Positions 55,716 to 64,000 of a stretch of 64,000 nt of DNA are shown here, in pieces. The stretch is from Bacteroidetes bacterium UBA1947. GTDB lineage: Bacteria; Bacteroidota; Bacteroidia; Chitinophagales; Chitinophagaceae. Position numbers and translations under genes: made by a program. Location of the stretch: NCBI GenBank assembly GCA_002336915.1, contig DDET01000041.1:9537-73536 (forward strand), written 5' to 3'. A model generated the notes under the pieces. That model saw only the letters and a list, made by a program, of their open reading frames with translations, was not told where the DNA came from and did no database searches. Every line of letters begins with the position of its first letter. Within the stretch, counting starts at the first letter, position 1.

Positions 55716-58124
55716 TTAATTCAGCCGCTTCATCTCGTCCAGCTGGCTCTCATGCTTTGCTTTAGCACTGTTCTTACCAAATGAGTAACTAACACTCAGT
55801 GCCACTTGCCTTGAATGGAATCGATAATCAGTATCGCCAATTGTATTGTCAAAAACAGCATGCTCTGTATCCCGGTTAAGGCCCAGGGGGTCCCTTACGT
55901 GAAGCTTTACAAGGCAGGTATCTTTAAATAGTTTTCGTGATACGTAGGCATCCAGATCGTGCTGTGGTTTTGTGGTCACCAGCAGGTCGTCCCTGTAGCC
56001 GGTGCTACCATGATAGTATAGGTCCACTTGCCACTTGCCAAATACAAATTGGGTATCAACGGTCACAAAACAGCCTCCTCCTTCCGATCGTATTTCCTCA
56101 TCAAGCAGCTTACCCGCATACTCCGCATAATACCCATCGCAGGCTATTGCCATCAGGAACCATTTATACAACTGCTTGTTGTAACTGATCGATGCATTGA
56201 CGGCTTGCTGAATGCCGATATTTCTATCTGTCCGCACGGTGCCTTTTGTATGGGCATCAGGTATCACTATTGTGCCGATGATGTCTTTTGAGTAGGAACA
56301 GCTCAGGCTGGTAACCAGTTGGTTCTTATAGCTATGTTTCAGCTCCATGTTGTGACTGAACTGTGGCCTCAGTTCAGGATTGCCTACCGAATAGCTATAC
56401 TGGTTAATGAATGAAACGAAGGGGTTCAGCCTTTTGTAATTAGGCCGGTCGATACGCCTGCCGTAATTCAGCTCCAGTTGATTATCGTCATTGGCCTTGT
56501 AAGAGACAAAAGCTGTTGGGAATAAAGAAAGATAGTTCTTGCTAAATTCCTTGCTCCCTACCGCCTGCTTGCCCCTTAGGTTCACTTGTTCTGCCCTCAG
56601 GCCTGCTTGAGCTTGCCATTTTTTACCAAGTTCTTTGCTCACATTTACATACGCAGAGTTCACATTTTCATTGTACAAAAAACTATTGCTGCGCGTAGTA
56701 TCGGGCAGCCAGCTGTTATTTTCAAGTACCGTGTAATCTGCGGTATTATTTATCGCCACCAGGCTGCTCTTCAGCCCGGTCTCCAGTTTTACTTTACCCA
56801 CCATTCTTGCATAGTCAGCCTTGGCACTATATATGTTCATATTAAAAGGCATGTCTCCTCTCAGGTCTAGCCCGGGCGGCGCTGCTCCCTGGCTTGCATA
56901 ATTCGAGTTGGTGGTATTTTGCTTTGTATGCTGGTTGTAGTTGATGAAGTCGAGGTTTATATCAAGCGTATGGTCTTTACCAAACTCGTGTTTCAGGTAA
57001 GCATTTGCAATGGCATTGGTACGCAAAAAGGTATCTAAGGTCAATGCGTCATTATGCACAATGTTGCCGCTGGTATTATCTGCGATATCCGCACTGGTGT
57101 ATGTCGATTCGTGGTTGGGATGATACACGTCCGTGGCAGAGAGGCCCACTGTGGTTTGGGAGTCAATATCATAGTCCGCACCTAGTTGCAACTTGTCGTT
57201 CGAAAAATATTCTTTCGATACTTGTACAGAATTATCATAGCCGCTTGCTGCTCCGCTCTGTGGATCAAAAAAGGTCCTGTCCCTTGTTATCCTCGCCCAG
57301 CCTATTGCATTAAAATAAGTGCCGTCGGCGTACAGGTTCAGTTTATCTTTATGGTAATTGGCACGCAGGGCAGCATATTCTGCGGGGTACACGCCTTGGC
57401 CATATTCAAGGTCGGCACTGCCGTTAAACCCTTCTTTACGGCTCTTCTTCATCTTGATATTAATGATACCCGCATTGCCCGATGCATCATACTTGGCCGA
57501 AGGCTGCGTGATCAGCTCTATTTGCGAAAGCTCGTTTGCCGACATGCTTTTCAGGTAATCTGCGAGTTGGTCTGCTGACAAATAGGTCTCCTTCCCGTTG
57601 ATAAGCACCAGCACACCTTGTTTCCCCGCCATTGAGATATTGTTATTGGCATCCACTGTAACTCCCGGCAGCTTACGCAGCAATTCAAGAATATTAGAAC
57701 CAACAGCTATCCCCGAACCCTCTACATTTACTATTGTTTTCCCAAGCCCATTCTCTATAAATGATTTCTTGCCTGTTACCGTTACCTCTTTTAGCGAGGT
57801 GCTTGCTTTTTGCATTGTAACGACTAAATCTTCATTTAACCCTGCCTTCAATATCACAGGCTGCTTCGTATGCTCAAAACCTATTGCATTCATATCCAGT
57901 AGGTAACTACCCACGGGAATACCACCGATTGTAAAGCTCCCATCGTCTCCCGCTATCTCCGAACGCAGCCAACTGGAGTCCACAGCCTTTAAGATGCTCA
58001 CGGTAGCTGATGGTACAGTCGCACCGTTCTTGTCAATCACCTTACCCTTTAAAGTGGCGGTTTGCGCATTAGCATTGAATATAAATAACAACAGGAAAAG
58101 AATGGTGCTACAGGCTGCTTTCAT
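55716..58124 (-). CDS. TonB-dependent receptor-like outer-membrane protein, paralogue of 35093..37549
   Basis: Same architecture and many shared motifs (GFNGS...YGQGVY, RRIDRPNY..LNPF, GNP.L.P). Signal peptide ends NAQ. Confidence 0.9.
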   Translation of the reverse strand: MKAACSTILFLLLFIFNANAQTATLKGKVIDKNGATVPSATVSILKAVDSSWLRSEIAGDDGSFTIGGIPVGSYLLDMNAIGFEHTKQPVILKAGLNEDLVVTMQKASTSLKEVTVTGKKSFIENGLGKTIVNVEGSGIAVGSNILELLRKLPGVTVDANNNISMAGKQGVLVLINGKETYLSADQLADYLKSMSANELSQIELITQPSAKYDASGNAGIINIKMKKSRKEGFNGSADLEYGQGVYPAEYAALRANYHKDKLNLYADGTYFNAIGWARITRDRTFFDPQSGAASGYDNSVQVSKEYFSNDKLQLGADYDIDSQTTVGLSATDVYHPNHESTYTSADIADNTSGNIVHNDALTLDTFLRTNAIANAYLKHEFGKDHTLDINLDFINYNQHTKQNTTNSNYASQGAAPPGLDLRGDMPFNMNIYSAKADYARMVGKVKLETGLKSSLVAINNTADYTVLENNSWLPDTTRSNSFLYNENVNSAYVNVSKELGKKWQAQAGLRAEQVNLRGKQAVGSKEFSKNYLSLFPTAFVSYKANDDNQLELNYGRRIDRPNYKRLNPFVSFINQYSYSVGNPELRPQFSHNMELKHSYKNQLVTSLSCSYSKDIIGTIVIPDAHTKGTVRTDRNIGIQQAVNASISYNKQLYKWFLMAIACDGYYAEYAGKLLDEEIRSEGGGCFVTVDTQFVFGKWQVDLYYHGSTGYRDDLLVTTKPQHDLDAYVSRKLFKDTCLVKLHVRDPLGLNRDTEHAVFDNTIGDTDYRFHSRQVALSVSYSFGKNSAKAKHESQLDEMKRLN

Positions 58125-58229
58125 TACATATAGTTTTGAGGATACAATGAAAGATAGACGAAAAACTTGTTAAGGAGGTTAGTAGCGCTCGGTGGTTTTG
58201 CTAAACTTTAACTTTTATTGCAAAAAGAA

Positions 58230-58250
58230 AGGGCAGCTAGTAGCTGCCCT
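58230..58250 (-). terminator. Terminator hairpin downstream of smc
   Basis: agggcagcta-g-tagctgccct, followed on the minus strand by tttctttttg. Confidence 0.55.
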
Positions 58251-58273
58251 TATATTGACTGACAATTTTTTGT

Positions 58274-61200
58274 TTAGTTCAAACTCCTGAAATCCACAGG
58301 CACCAACTTGCTCACACCGGGCTCTTGCATCGTCACACCGTATATCACGTCCACCGCAGCCATTGTCTGCTTGTTGTGGGTAACAATGATGAACTGCGAG
58401 TTGTCCGAGAACTTGCGGATCATCTGCGTGAACTTGCCTACGTTCGCGTCATCCAGCGGCGCATCAACTTCATCCAGTATACAGAATGGTGCTGGCTTGA
58501 TCAGGTAGATGGCAAACAGGAAGGCCGTGGACGTAAGCGTCTTCTCACCACCCGATAGCTGGGTAAGCGTACTTGGCTTCTTACCCTTAGGCTGTGCGTA
58601 TATTTCAATACCACTGTCCGCTATATTATCCGGGTCTGTCAGGCGAAGGTCGGCGCTGTCTTCTTCGGTAAAGAGCGCCTTGAATACTTCCGTAAAGTTC
58701 GCACGCACCAGGTCGAATGTCTCTTTGAACTTGGTATTGGCGGTATTCTCCACTTCTTCTATGGTAGCCAGCAGTGAATCCTTGGCATTCACAAGGTCCG
58801 TCTTCTGCTCTACAATAAAGTCGTAACGGGCTTTCATTTCCGAATAGGCCTCTATCGCTGTGGGGTTTATCTCGCCCATATTCTCCAGGCGCTTCTTCAT
58901 CCTTTCACTTTCAGCGGTCAGTTCGTCCACGCTTTGCTCACCCGTGCGGGCCTGGTCCAGTATCTCGTCCAGGTTTATTTTAAATTCTACACTCAGGCGC
59001 TCTTTCATACCCGCCAGTTGCAGCTTCATATCATTCAGTTTATCCTTAATGCTGTTCAGCAACATTTCGGCATGTTCCTTTTCCCTGCGCTTCTGGTTCA
59101 GTTGCCCTTCCACCGCCGATATAGCGTTACGCATTTCGTAGTATGCCCTGTCCTTCTCATTCAGTACACGCTCGTCCGTCTCCTTACGCGTCATCAGTTC
59201 ATATAGCTCATTATCACCCGCATGCAGCTGTGTTTCAGTTTCGGCCAACTGTGCGCTTGTTTGTTGCAGTTGTTCGCTATTGCTGGTTATTTGCTTTTGC
59301 AGGTCACCCAGCTGGTTGGTACGGAAGCTAAGTTCCTGCTTCAGGCTTTCCAGCTTGCTCTGCTGCCTGGTATATTGTATATTCTGCTGGTTGTATTGTT
59401 GTGTCACTGCATTGAACTCCTGCTCCACCGCTGCAAACTCAGCCTCAGCATTACGGATGTTTTCCTGCAATACCTGTAGCTGTTGTGCTACGGTCTCCAT
59501 CTCCTCGCGCGCATCGCTAATGCTCTCATGGGTATTGTCCAGTTGTTCTTGCAGTTCAGCCAATCGCTTTTCGCCGGCCTGGTTCAGTTGCTCAAAGTTC
59601 TCTACCCTGTGGCCCAAGTTAATGACATGATTCTGCAGGCGGTTTATATCCTGCCTTGTCTGCTCTATTGCTTTATCGTTCAGGTCTTCGTTGAAACCGC
59701 TTATCAGCGTTTGTGTATCGCTTATCTCTTGTTTCAGTTTGCCTGTGGTAGCGGTCAGGTCTTCTATTTCTTTGGCAAGGCGTTCCAGGTTCTTCGCACG
59801 GCCTATCTTATTGCCTTCGAACAAGCCTATCGAACCTCCTCCTAATGTATAGCGCCCTCGCACCATCTTACCGCTCTTCTCCACCAGCACATAACCATTT
59901 TGCAGGTCTGCAGCTACCACGTCTGCACCATCATTGGCAATGTATACATGGCCTAGCAGGTGCTGTGCCAGCGGCATATATTGCTCATCAATAGTTATCA
60001 CACTCAATGCAGGTATCGCATTTTGCGGGGCCGCATGTGCCGATGGCTGGTATTGTTTGAATTGGTCTTGTATAAAGAAATTCGCTTTGCCTTTTTTATT
60101 GGCCTCCAGCAGGTGCACCGCTTTTGCCGCCTCTTCTACATTGTTTACCACATAGTAGTTCAGGTAGCTGTCCAGCAGGTTTTCCAGTGCGGTACGGTAT
60201 TCGTTTTGTACTACGAACACATCCGACAACAACGGCGCTTCATTATTCCATTCTTTATTTTTCTTCAGGAATTTGATACTGTCCGGATATCCTTCCAGGC
60301 TCTCCACCAGCGATTTCAGCAGGTCATGCTCATTCCTGCGCGAATCCAGTTTACGGTTTTCGTCCACCAGCCTTGCACGCAGGTTCTCCACCTGTTCCTG
60401 CCCCTGCAGTATCTTTCCTTTTACTTCTTCATGTTTGGTAACAAGCGTTTGCAGCTCATCGTGTTTTTCCTGCAGGTCGCCTTCGCTGTCTTGCTTTTCC
60501 GTGCTCAGTTGTGCTACCTGTGCCGATCGTTGAGACCTTTCTTCCTGCACCTGCTGTATGCTGCGTTGCAGGTTCATGATCGAAGTATCGGCTACGGCTA
60601 CTTTCTTTTCTGCCTCAAAGTGGCGGCGCTGTTCCTGTTGAAATAAACTGCGGCTTTGTTCCACCACTTGTTTCTTGCTGTCAAAAGCCTCACGTTTCTC
60701 ATCTACCAGGCCGCGCAGTGTCTCCAGCTGTCCACGCAGCTCTTCCATTACATTGCTTTCTTCATCTATCTGCGTTCCTGCAAAGGTTATCGACTCTTGA
60801 AGTTGCTGTAATTGTGCATCAGCACCCGAAAGGAATTCACCCAGGTTCTTCTCACGCTCTTTCAGGTGTTCCAGCCTTTGCGCTGCCAGGCGTTTGTCAC
60901 TTTCCAGCTGGCGCAGGCGGTTTATCATTTCATTAAATTGCTTTTGCAAGCCATTCAGTTCCTGCTCTTTTTCTATCAGTTGCACTTTATCCTTTTCAAC
61001 ACCCGCTTCTTCGGTCGCAACGATCGCCTCTAGCTGTGTCTTACGGTCGGTCTCCTTATCGTGCTGCTCGTTCAGCTCTTTGTACTGGTCATTAAAATGC
61101 TCCAGCGATGCTTTTACAAGCTCTATGCTTACTTCTTTATATTCTCCCTTTATCTGGAAGTAACGCTCGGCCTTCTTAGCCTGGCTTTCCAGTGTCCTCA

Positions 61201-61804
61201 GGTTATTGCCTATTTCAAACAGCAGGTCCTCAATACGAGAAAGATCCTGTTCAGTTCCTTCCAGCTTTAGCTTAGCCTCTTTCTTCCTTGTCTTATATAT
61301 AGATATACCGGCAGCTTGCTCCAGCATGCGGCGACGGCTGTTGTCTTTATCCTTTATTATGTCATCCACCATGCCCAGCTCTATGATGGCATATGAGTCA
61401 TTGCTCACACCCGTGTCAAGGAACAGGTTATGTATATCCTTCAGGCGGCAGGTCACGTCGTTCAGGCGGTACTCACTTTCGCCGTTCTTATAAAACTTAC
61501 GGGTAATGGTAACAGTAGTGAATTCAGTAGGCAGCAGGTTGCGGGTATTCTCAAAAGTAAGCGATACCTCGGCCATGCCCGAGCCACTCCTCGTGCGCGA
61601 GCCGTTGAATATCAGGTCTTCCAGGTTATCGGAACGCAGGGCTTTGATCTTATGCTCACCTATCACCCAACGGATGGCATCTACAATATTCGATTTACCA
61701 CAACCATTGGGGCCTACTATGCCGGTAATGGGGTGGTCCAGTATCACGTGGGTCTTATCAGCAAATGATTTGAACCCTTTAATTTCCAGGGACTTTAATC
61801 GCAC
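58274..61804 (-). CDS. smc: Chromosome segregation protein SMC
   Basis: LKSLEIKGFKSFADK...GPNGCGKSN Walker A, long coiled coils, a central hinge, and a C-terminal LSGGEKTLTSTAFLFAI...ILDEVDAPLD. A GTG at 61804 gives the canonical MRLKSLEIKGFKSF N-terminus. The listed ORF extends to ATG 61858. Confidence 0.96.
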   Translation of the reverse strand: MRLKSLEIKGFKSFADKTHVILDHPITGIVGPNGCGKSNIVDAIRWVIGEHKIKALRSDNLEDLIFNGSRTRSGSGMAEVSLTFENTRNLLPTEFTTVTITRKFYKNGESEYRLNDVTCRLKDIHNLFLDTGVSNDSYAIIELGMVDDIIKDKDNSRRRMLEQAAGISIYKTRKKEAKLKLEGTEQDLSRIEDLLFEIGNNLRTLESQAKKAERYFQIKGEYKEVSIELVKASLEHFNDQYKELNEQHDKETDRKTQLEAIVATEEAGVEKDKVQLIEKEQELNGLQKQFNEMINRLRQLESDKRLAAQRLEHLKEREKNLGEFLSGADAQLQQLQESITFAGTQIDEESNVMEELRGQLETLRGLVDEKREAFDSKKQVVEQSRSLFQQEQRRHFEAEKKVAVADTSIMNLQRSIQQVQEERSQRSAQVAQLSTEKQDSEGDLQEKHDELQTLVTKHEEVKGKILQGQEQVENLRARLVDENRKLDSRRNEHDLLKSLVESLEGYPDSIKFLKKNKEWNNEAPLLSDVFVVQNEYRTALENLLDSYLNYYVVNNVEEAAKAVHLLEANKKGKANFFIQDQFKQYQPSAHAAPQNAIPALSVITIDEQYMPLAQHLLGHVYIANDGADVVAADLQNGYVLVEKSGKMVRGRYTLGGGSIGLFEGNKIGRAKNLERLAKEIEDLTATTGKLKQEISDTQTLISGFNEDLNDKAIEQTRQDINRLQNHVINLGHRVENFEQLNQAGEKRLAELQEQLDNTHESISDAREEMETVAQQLQVLQENIRNAEAEFAAVEQEFNAVTQQYNQQNIQYTRQQSKLESLKQELSFRTNQLGDLQKQITSNSEQLQQTSAQLAETETQLHAGDNELYELMTRKETDERVLNEKDRAYYEMRNAISAVEGQLNQKRREKEHAEMLLNSIKDKLNDMKLQLAGMKERLSVEFKINLDEILDQARTGEQSVDELTAESERMKKRLENMGEINPTAIEAYSEMKARYDFIVEQKTDLVNAKDSLLATIEEVENTANTKFKETFDLVRANFTEVFKALFTEEDSADLRLTDPDNIADSGIEIYAQPKGKKPSTLTQLSGGEKTLTSTAFLFAIYLIKPAPFCILDEVDAPLDDANVGKFTQMIRKFSDNSQFIIVTHNKQTMAAVDVIYGVTMQEPGVSKLVPVDFRSLN

Positions 61805-62073
61805 AACTCTATAATTTTTATGGGGAAAACAAAAGTAATCTAAAATAGCCTTCATCAAAGTTCATTTATACAGTGCCCAAAAAAATGTGGAAATCTTGTT
61901 ATCAATTGATTTTCGATTATTACATTAATATTTAAGCCAATTTGTAAACAGTTGGTTAACGCCATGTTTATGGCGGGTTAACGAGGGCGCTTTTTTAGAT
62001 AAAGGCCCTGCCACAGCCTACTTTTACACCGTATTACAAAAGATCACAAAGCAATCGCCAAAATTCGCCAGGG

Positions 62074-63174
62074 ATGAAGAAGCATATACCAAGCCTCAAT
62101 GGATTAAGAGCAATAAGCATACTTATTGTTATTTTTTCGCACGTGAACATCGCCAATTTCAGTGGTGCCCTCGCCCAAAAAACCCGCTTTCTCGATGGCC
62201 AGTTTGGCGTTACCGTCTTTTTTATCATCTCCGGCTTCCTGATCACCACCCTTCTTATGAAGGAAGAAGAGCGTACCGGGATGGTTTCCCTCCGCAACTT
62301 CTATTTCAAAAGGGCATTAAGGATCCTCCCTGTATTTTTTATCCTGCTTGCCGTTTACGGGCTGATGCAGGCATTCGGCATCCTCAATTTTACCACCGCT
62401 TCATGGCTCACTTCCCTTACTTATACCAAGAACTTTCATTGGAGATCAGATTGGGAATCAGCACATCTTTGGTCATTGTCTATCGAAGAGCAGTTTTATC
62501 TTTTCTGGCCGCTGATATTTATCTATTGGAAAAAATACCGTGTACATTTCGCCGTTTCCATCCTGGTCTTATCACCCGTGTGCAGGATACTGGGCACATT
62601 GCACCAACATGTAGGTTTCGACCAGTTTAGCATCTTCCAGCGGTGCGATGCCATCATGTGGGGTTGCGTTTTTGCCCTCTACCATCGTGATATCCGCTCC
62701 TACATCGAAAAGAAAACAGCAAACAGGAAATGGATGCTGGTATTACCTTTCGTATTTCTTGCAGCTATCGATACTTTCGTCCAGGTTAATTTCATCTACA
62801 ACCTGCACCTTGGCTTCCTGATTGTGCCCATAGGGAATATCACTGGCACACTGGGTTGCATCGCTATCGCCACCATTATGCTCATATCCATACACTATAC
62901 GGAGGGCTTGTGGTTTAAATTCCTGAACACAAAGTTGCTTAACTATATTGGCACCCTGTCTTATAGCCTGTATATCTGGCAGCAGATATTCTTTTCTCCA
63001 AGAGTTGGCATGTTCTCTTCCATACCCTTAAACCTGTTGATGATATTTGTTGTAGCCAATTGCTCCTACTACTTCATCGAAAAGCCCTTCCTGAAAAAGA
63101 AGAAAAATGCGGAAATCTATGCAGGTATCAAAAAAGAGGATGTCAATCCATGGATAGCTGCCCTGATCAAATAA
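62074..63174 (+). CDS. Acyltransferase family 3 (OafA/YrhL-like) membrane protein, copy 1
   Basis: LNGLRAISILIVIFSH...GQFGVTVFFIISGFLIT...HLWSLSIEEQFYLFWP, with about 10 TM segments. Confidence 0.88.
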   Translation: MKKHIPSLNGLRAISILIVIFSHVNIANFSGALAQKTRFLDGQFGVTVFFIISGFLITTLLMKEEERTGMVSLRNFYFKRALRILPVFFILLAVYGLMQAFGILNFTTASWLTSLTYTKNFHWRSDWESAHLWSLSIEEQFYLFWPLIFIYWKKYRVHFAVSILVLSPVCRILGTLHQHVGFDQFSIFQRCDAIMWGCVFALYHRDIRSYIEKKTANRKWMLVLPFVFLAAIDTFVQVNFIYNLHLGFLIVPIGNITGTLGCIAIATIMLISIHYTEGLWFKFLNTKLLNYIGTLSYSLYIWQQIFFSPRVGMFSSIPLNLLMIFVVANCSYYFIEKPFLKKKKNAEIYAGIKKEDVNPWIAALIK

Positions 63175-63194
63175 CGGCCCTGCCAGCCAATGAA

Positions 63195-64000
63195 ATGAAA
63201 AAGACAATACCCAGCTTAAACGGATTAAGGGCCATAAGCATTTTCATAGTGCTCTTTTCGCATATGAACATCGCAAACTTCGACGGGGCATTAGCGCAAA
63301 ATAGTCGTTTGTTGGATGGCCAATTTGGCGTGACTGTTTTCTTTATCATCTCCGGTTTCCTGATCACCACCCTGCTAATGAACGAGGAAGCACGCAATGG
63401 CATCATATCCTTGCGAAACTTTTATCTGAAACGGGTATTAAGGATCTTCCCGGTTTATTTCATTCTGTTGCTGGTCTACCTGGTTTTGCAATCCGCAGGC
63501 ATATTGCATTTTACTCCTGTGTCCTGGCTCACATCACTCACTTATACCAAAGACTTTAAATGGAATTCCGATTGGGAGACGGCTCATTTGTGGTCCCTGT
63601 CTATCGAAGAACAATTCTATCTTTTCTGGCCGCTGGTATTCATTTACTGGAAAAAGCGCAGGGTAAAGTTTGCTTTCTTCATCGTGCTGCTATCGCCTGT
63701 ATGCAGGGTACTGGGTATGAAAGCACAGCCCGGTTTCGATGAGTTCAGCATCTTCCAACATTGCGATGCTATTATGTGGGGCTGCATTTTCGCCATATAC
63801 CACAACAGAATTTTTTCTTTTATCCAAAAAATTACAGCAGGGAAAAAATGGCTGCTCCTTAGCCCCTTCTTATTCCTTCTTGCACTCGACCTTTTTGTGC
63901 AGGCTAATCATGCGCTGAACCTCCACCTGGGCTTTTTGATAGTTCCTTTGATAGGCAGCCTTACGGGCACATTGGCTTGCATAGCCATAGGCATGGTCAT
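63195..64000 (+). CDS. Acyltransferase family 3 membrane protein, copy 2 (3' end lies outside the window)
   Basis: Absent from the ORF track because no stop is reached. My hand translation from ATG 63195 is open to base 64000 and parallels copy 1 almost residue for residue (MKKTIPSLNGLRAISIFIVLFSH...HLWSLSIEEQFYLFWP...). Confidence 0.85.
   Translation, partial: MKKTIPSLNGLRAISIFIVLFSHMNIANFDGALAQNSRLLDGQFGVTVFFIISGFLITTLLMNEEARNGIISLRNFYLKRVLRIFPVYFILLLVYLVLQSAGILHFTPVSWLTSLTYTKDFKWNSDWETAHLWSLSIEEQFYLFWPLVFIYWKKRRVKFAFFIVLLSPVCRVLGMKAQPGFDEFSIFQHCDAIMWGCIFAIYHNRIFSFIQKITAGKKWLLLSPFLFLLALDLFVQANHALNLHLGFLIVPLIGSLTGTLACIAIGMV

Noticed and set aside
58308-61814. Numerous plus-strand ORFs of 60-228 aa across the smc locus
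   Set aside because: All of them are antisense to the coiled-coil region of smc. The repetitive Glu/Leu/Lys/Gln codons of smc give stop-poor reverse frames, and none shows a recognisable motif.
1-64000. Search for tRNA, rRNA, transposase, integrase, phage, toxin-antitoxin or known defence-system genes
   Set aside because: None of the spacers shows a tRNA-like T-arm/acceptor pattern or rRNA-like sequence. No ORF shows DDE, tyrosine- or serine-recombinase, reverse-transcriptase, Cas, restriction-modification or typical toxin motifs. Nothing here indicates a mobile island.

Overview
The window looks like a chromosomal segment of a Bacteroidota genome, probably Sphingobacteriia or Chitinophagia. 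Supporting signs are several T9SS C-terminal sorting domains (types A and B), CarboxypepD_reg-Plug TonB-dependent receptors, Y_Y_Y/propeller sensor kinases and leaders without Shine-Dalgarno sequences. Gene density is high on both strands. Firm housekeeping anchors are guaB, dnaK and smc. Also present:
- a thiolase, a Cys/Met PLP enzyme, an ACMSD-like amidohydrolase and a long-chain acyl-CoA ligase
- a PaaK-like adenylating enzyme, a ClC channel, an APC permease and an ABC ATPase with an FtsX-like permease
- two LuxR-type two-component systems
- three TonB-dependent receptors, one broken by a single in-frame TAA
- a 1665-aa SBBP/PKD adhesin-like protein
- several T9SS cargo genes.

I found no rRNA, tRNA, CRISPR array, transposase, integrase or phage gene.

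The best candidate for something undescribed is a co-directional three-gene module at about 5182-8816. It encodes a 732-aa protein with no signal peptide and an internal 130-aa tandem duplication, then a Cys-rich papain-like lipoprotein, then an Ala-rich lipoprotein. I cannot assign the first or third protein to any family I recognise.

Other items worth a second look:
- a REP-like hairpin repeat family of about 45 bp in three intergenic regions around 10.6-13.5 kb
- a separate triplicated 25-nt palindrome-bearing repeat at 8.8-8.9 kb
- a decayed gene consisting only of a signal peptide and a T9SS CTD
- a membrane protein plus intramembrane-type kinase plus regulator trio
- an esterase-fold T9SS cargo protein that appears to lack the nucleophile serine
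- a tandem acyltransferase-3 duplication at the window end.

All functional calls rest on motif recognition by eye in the supplied translations. No database search was run.
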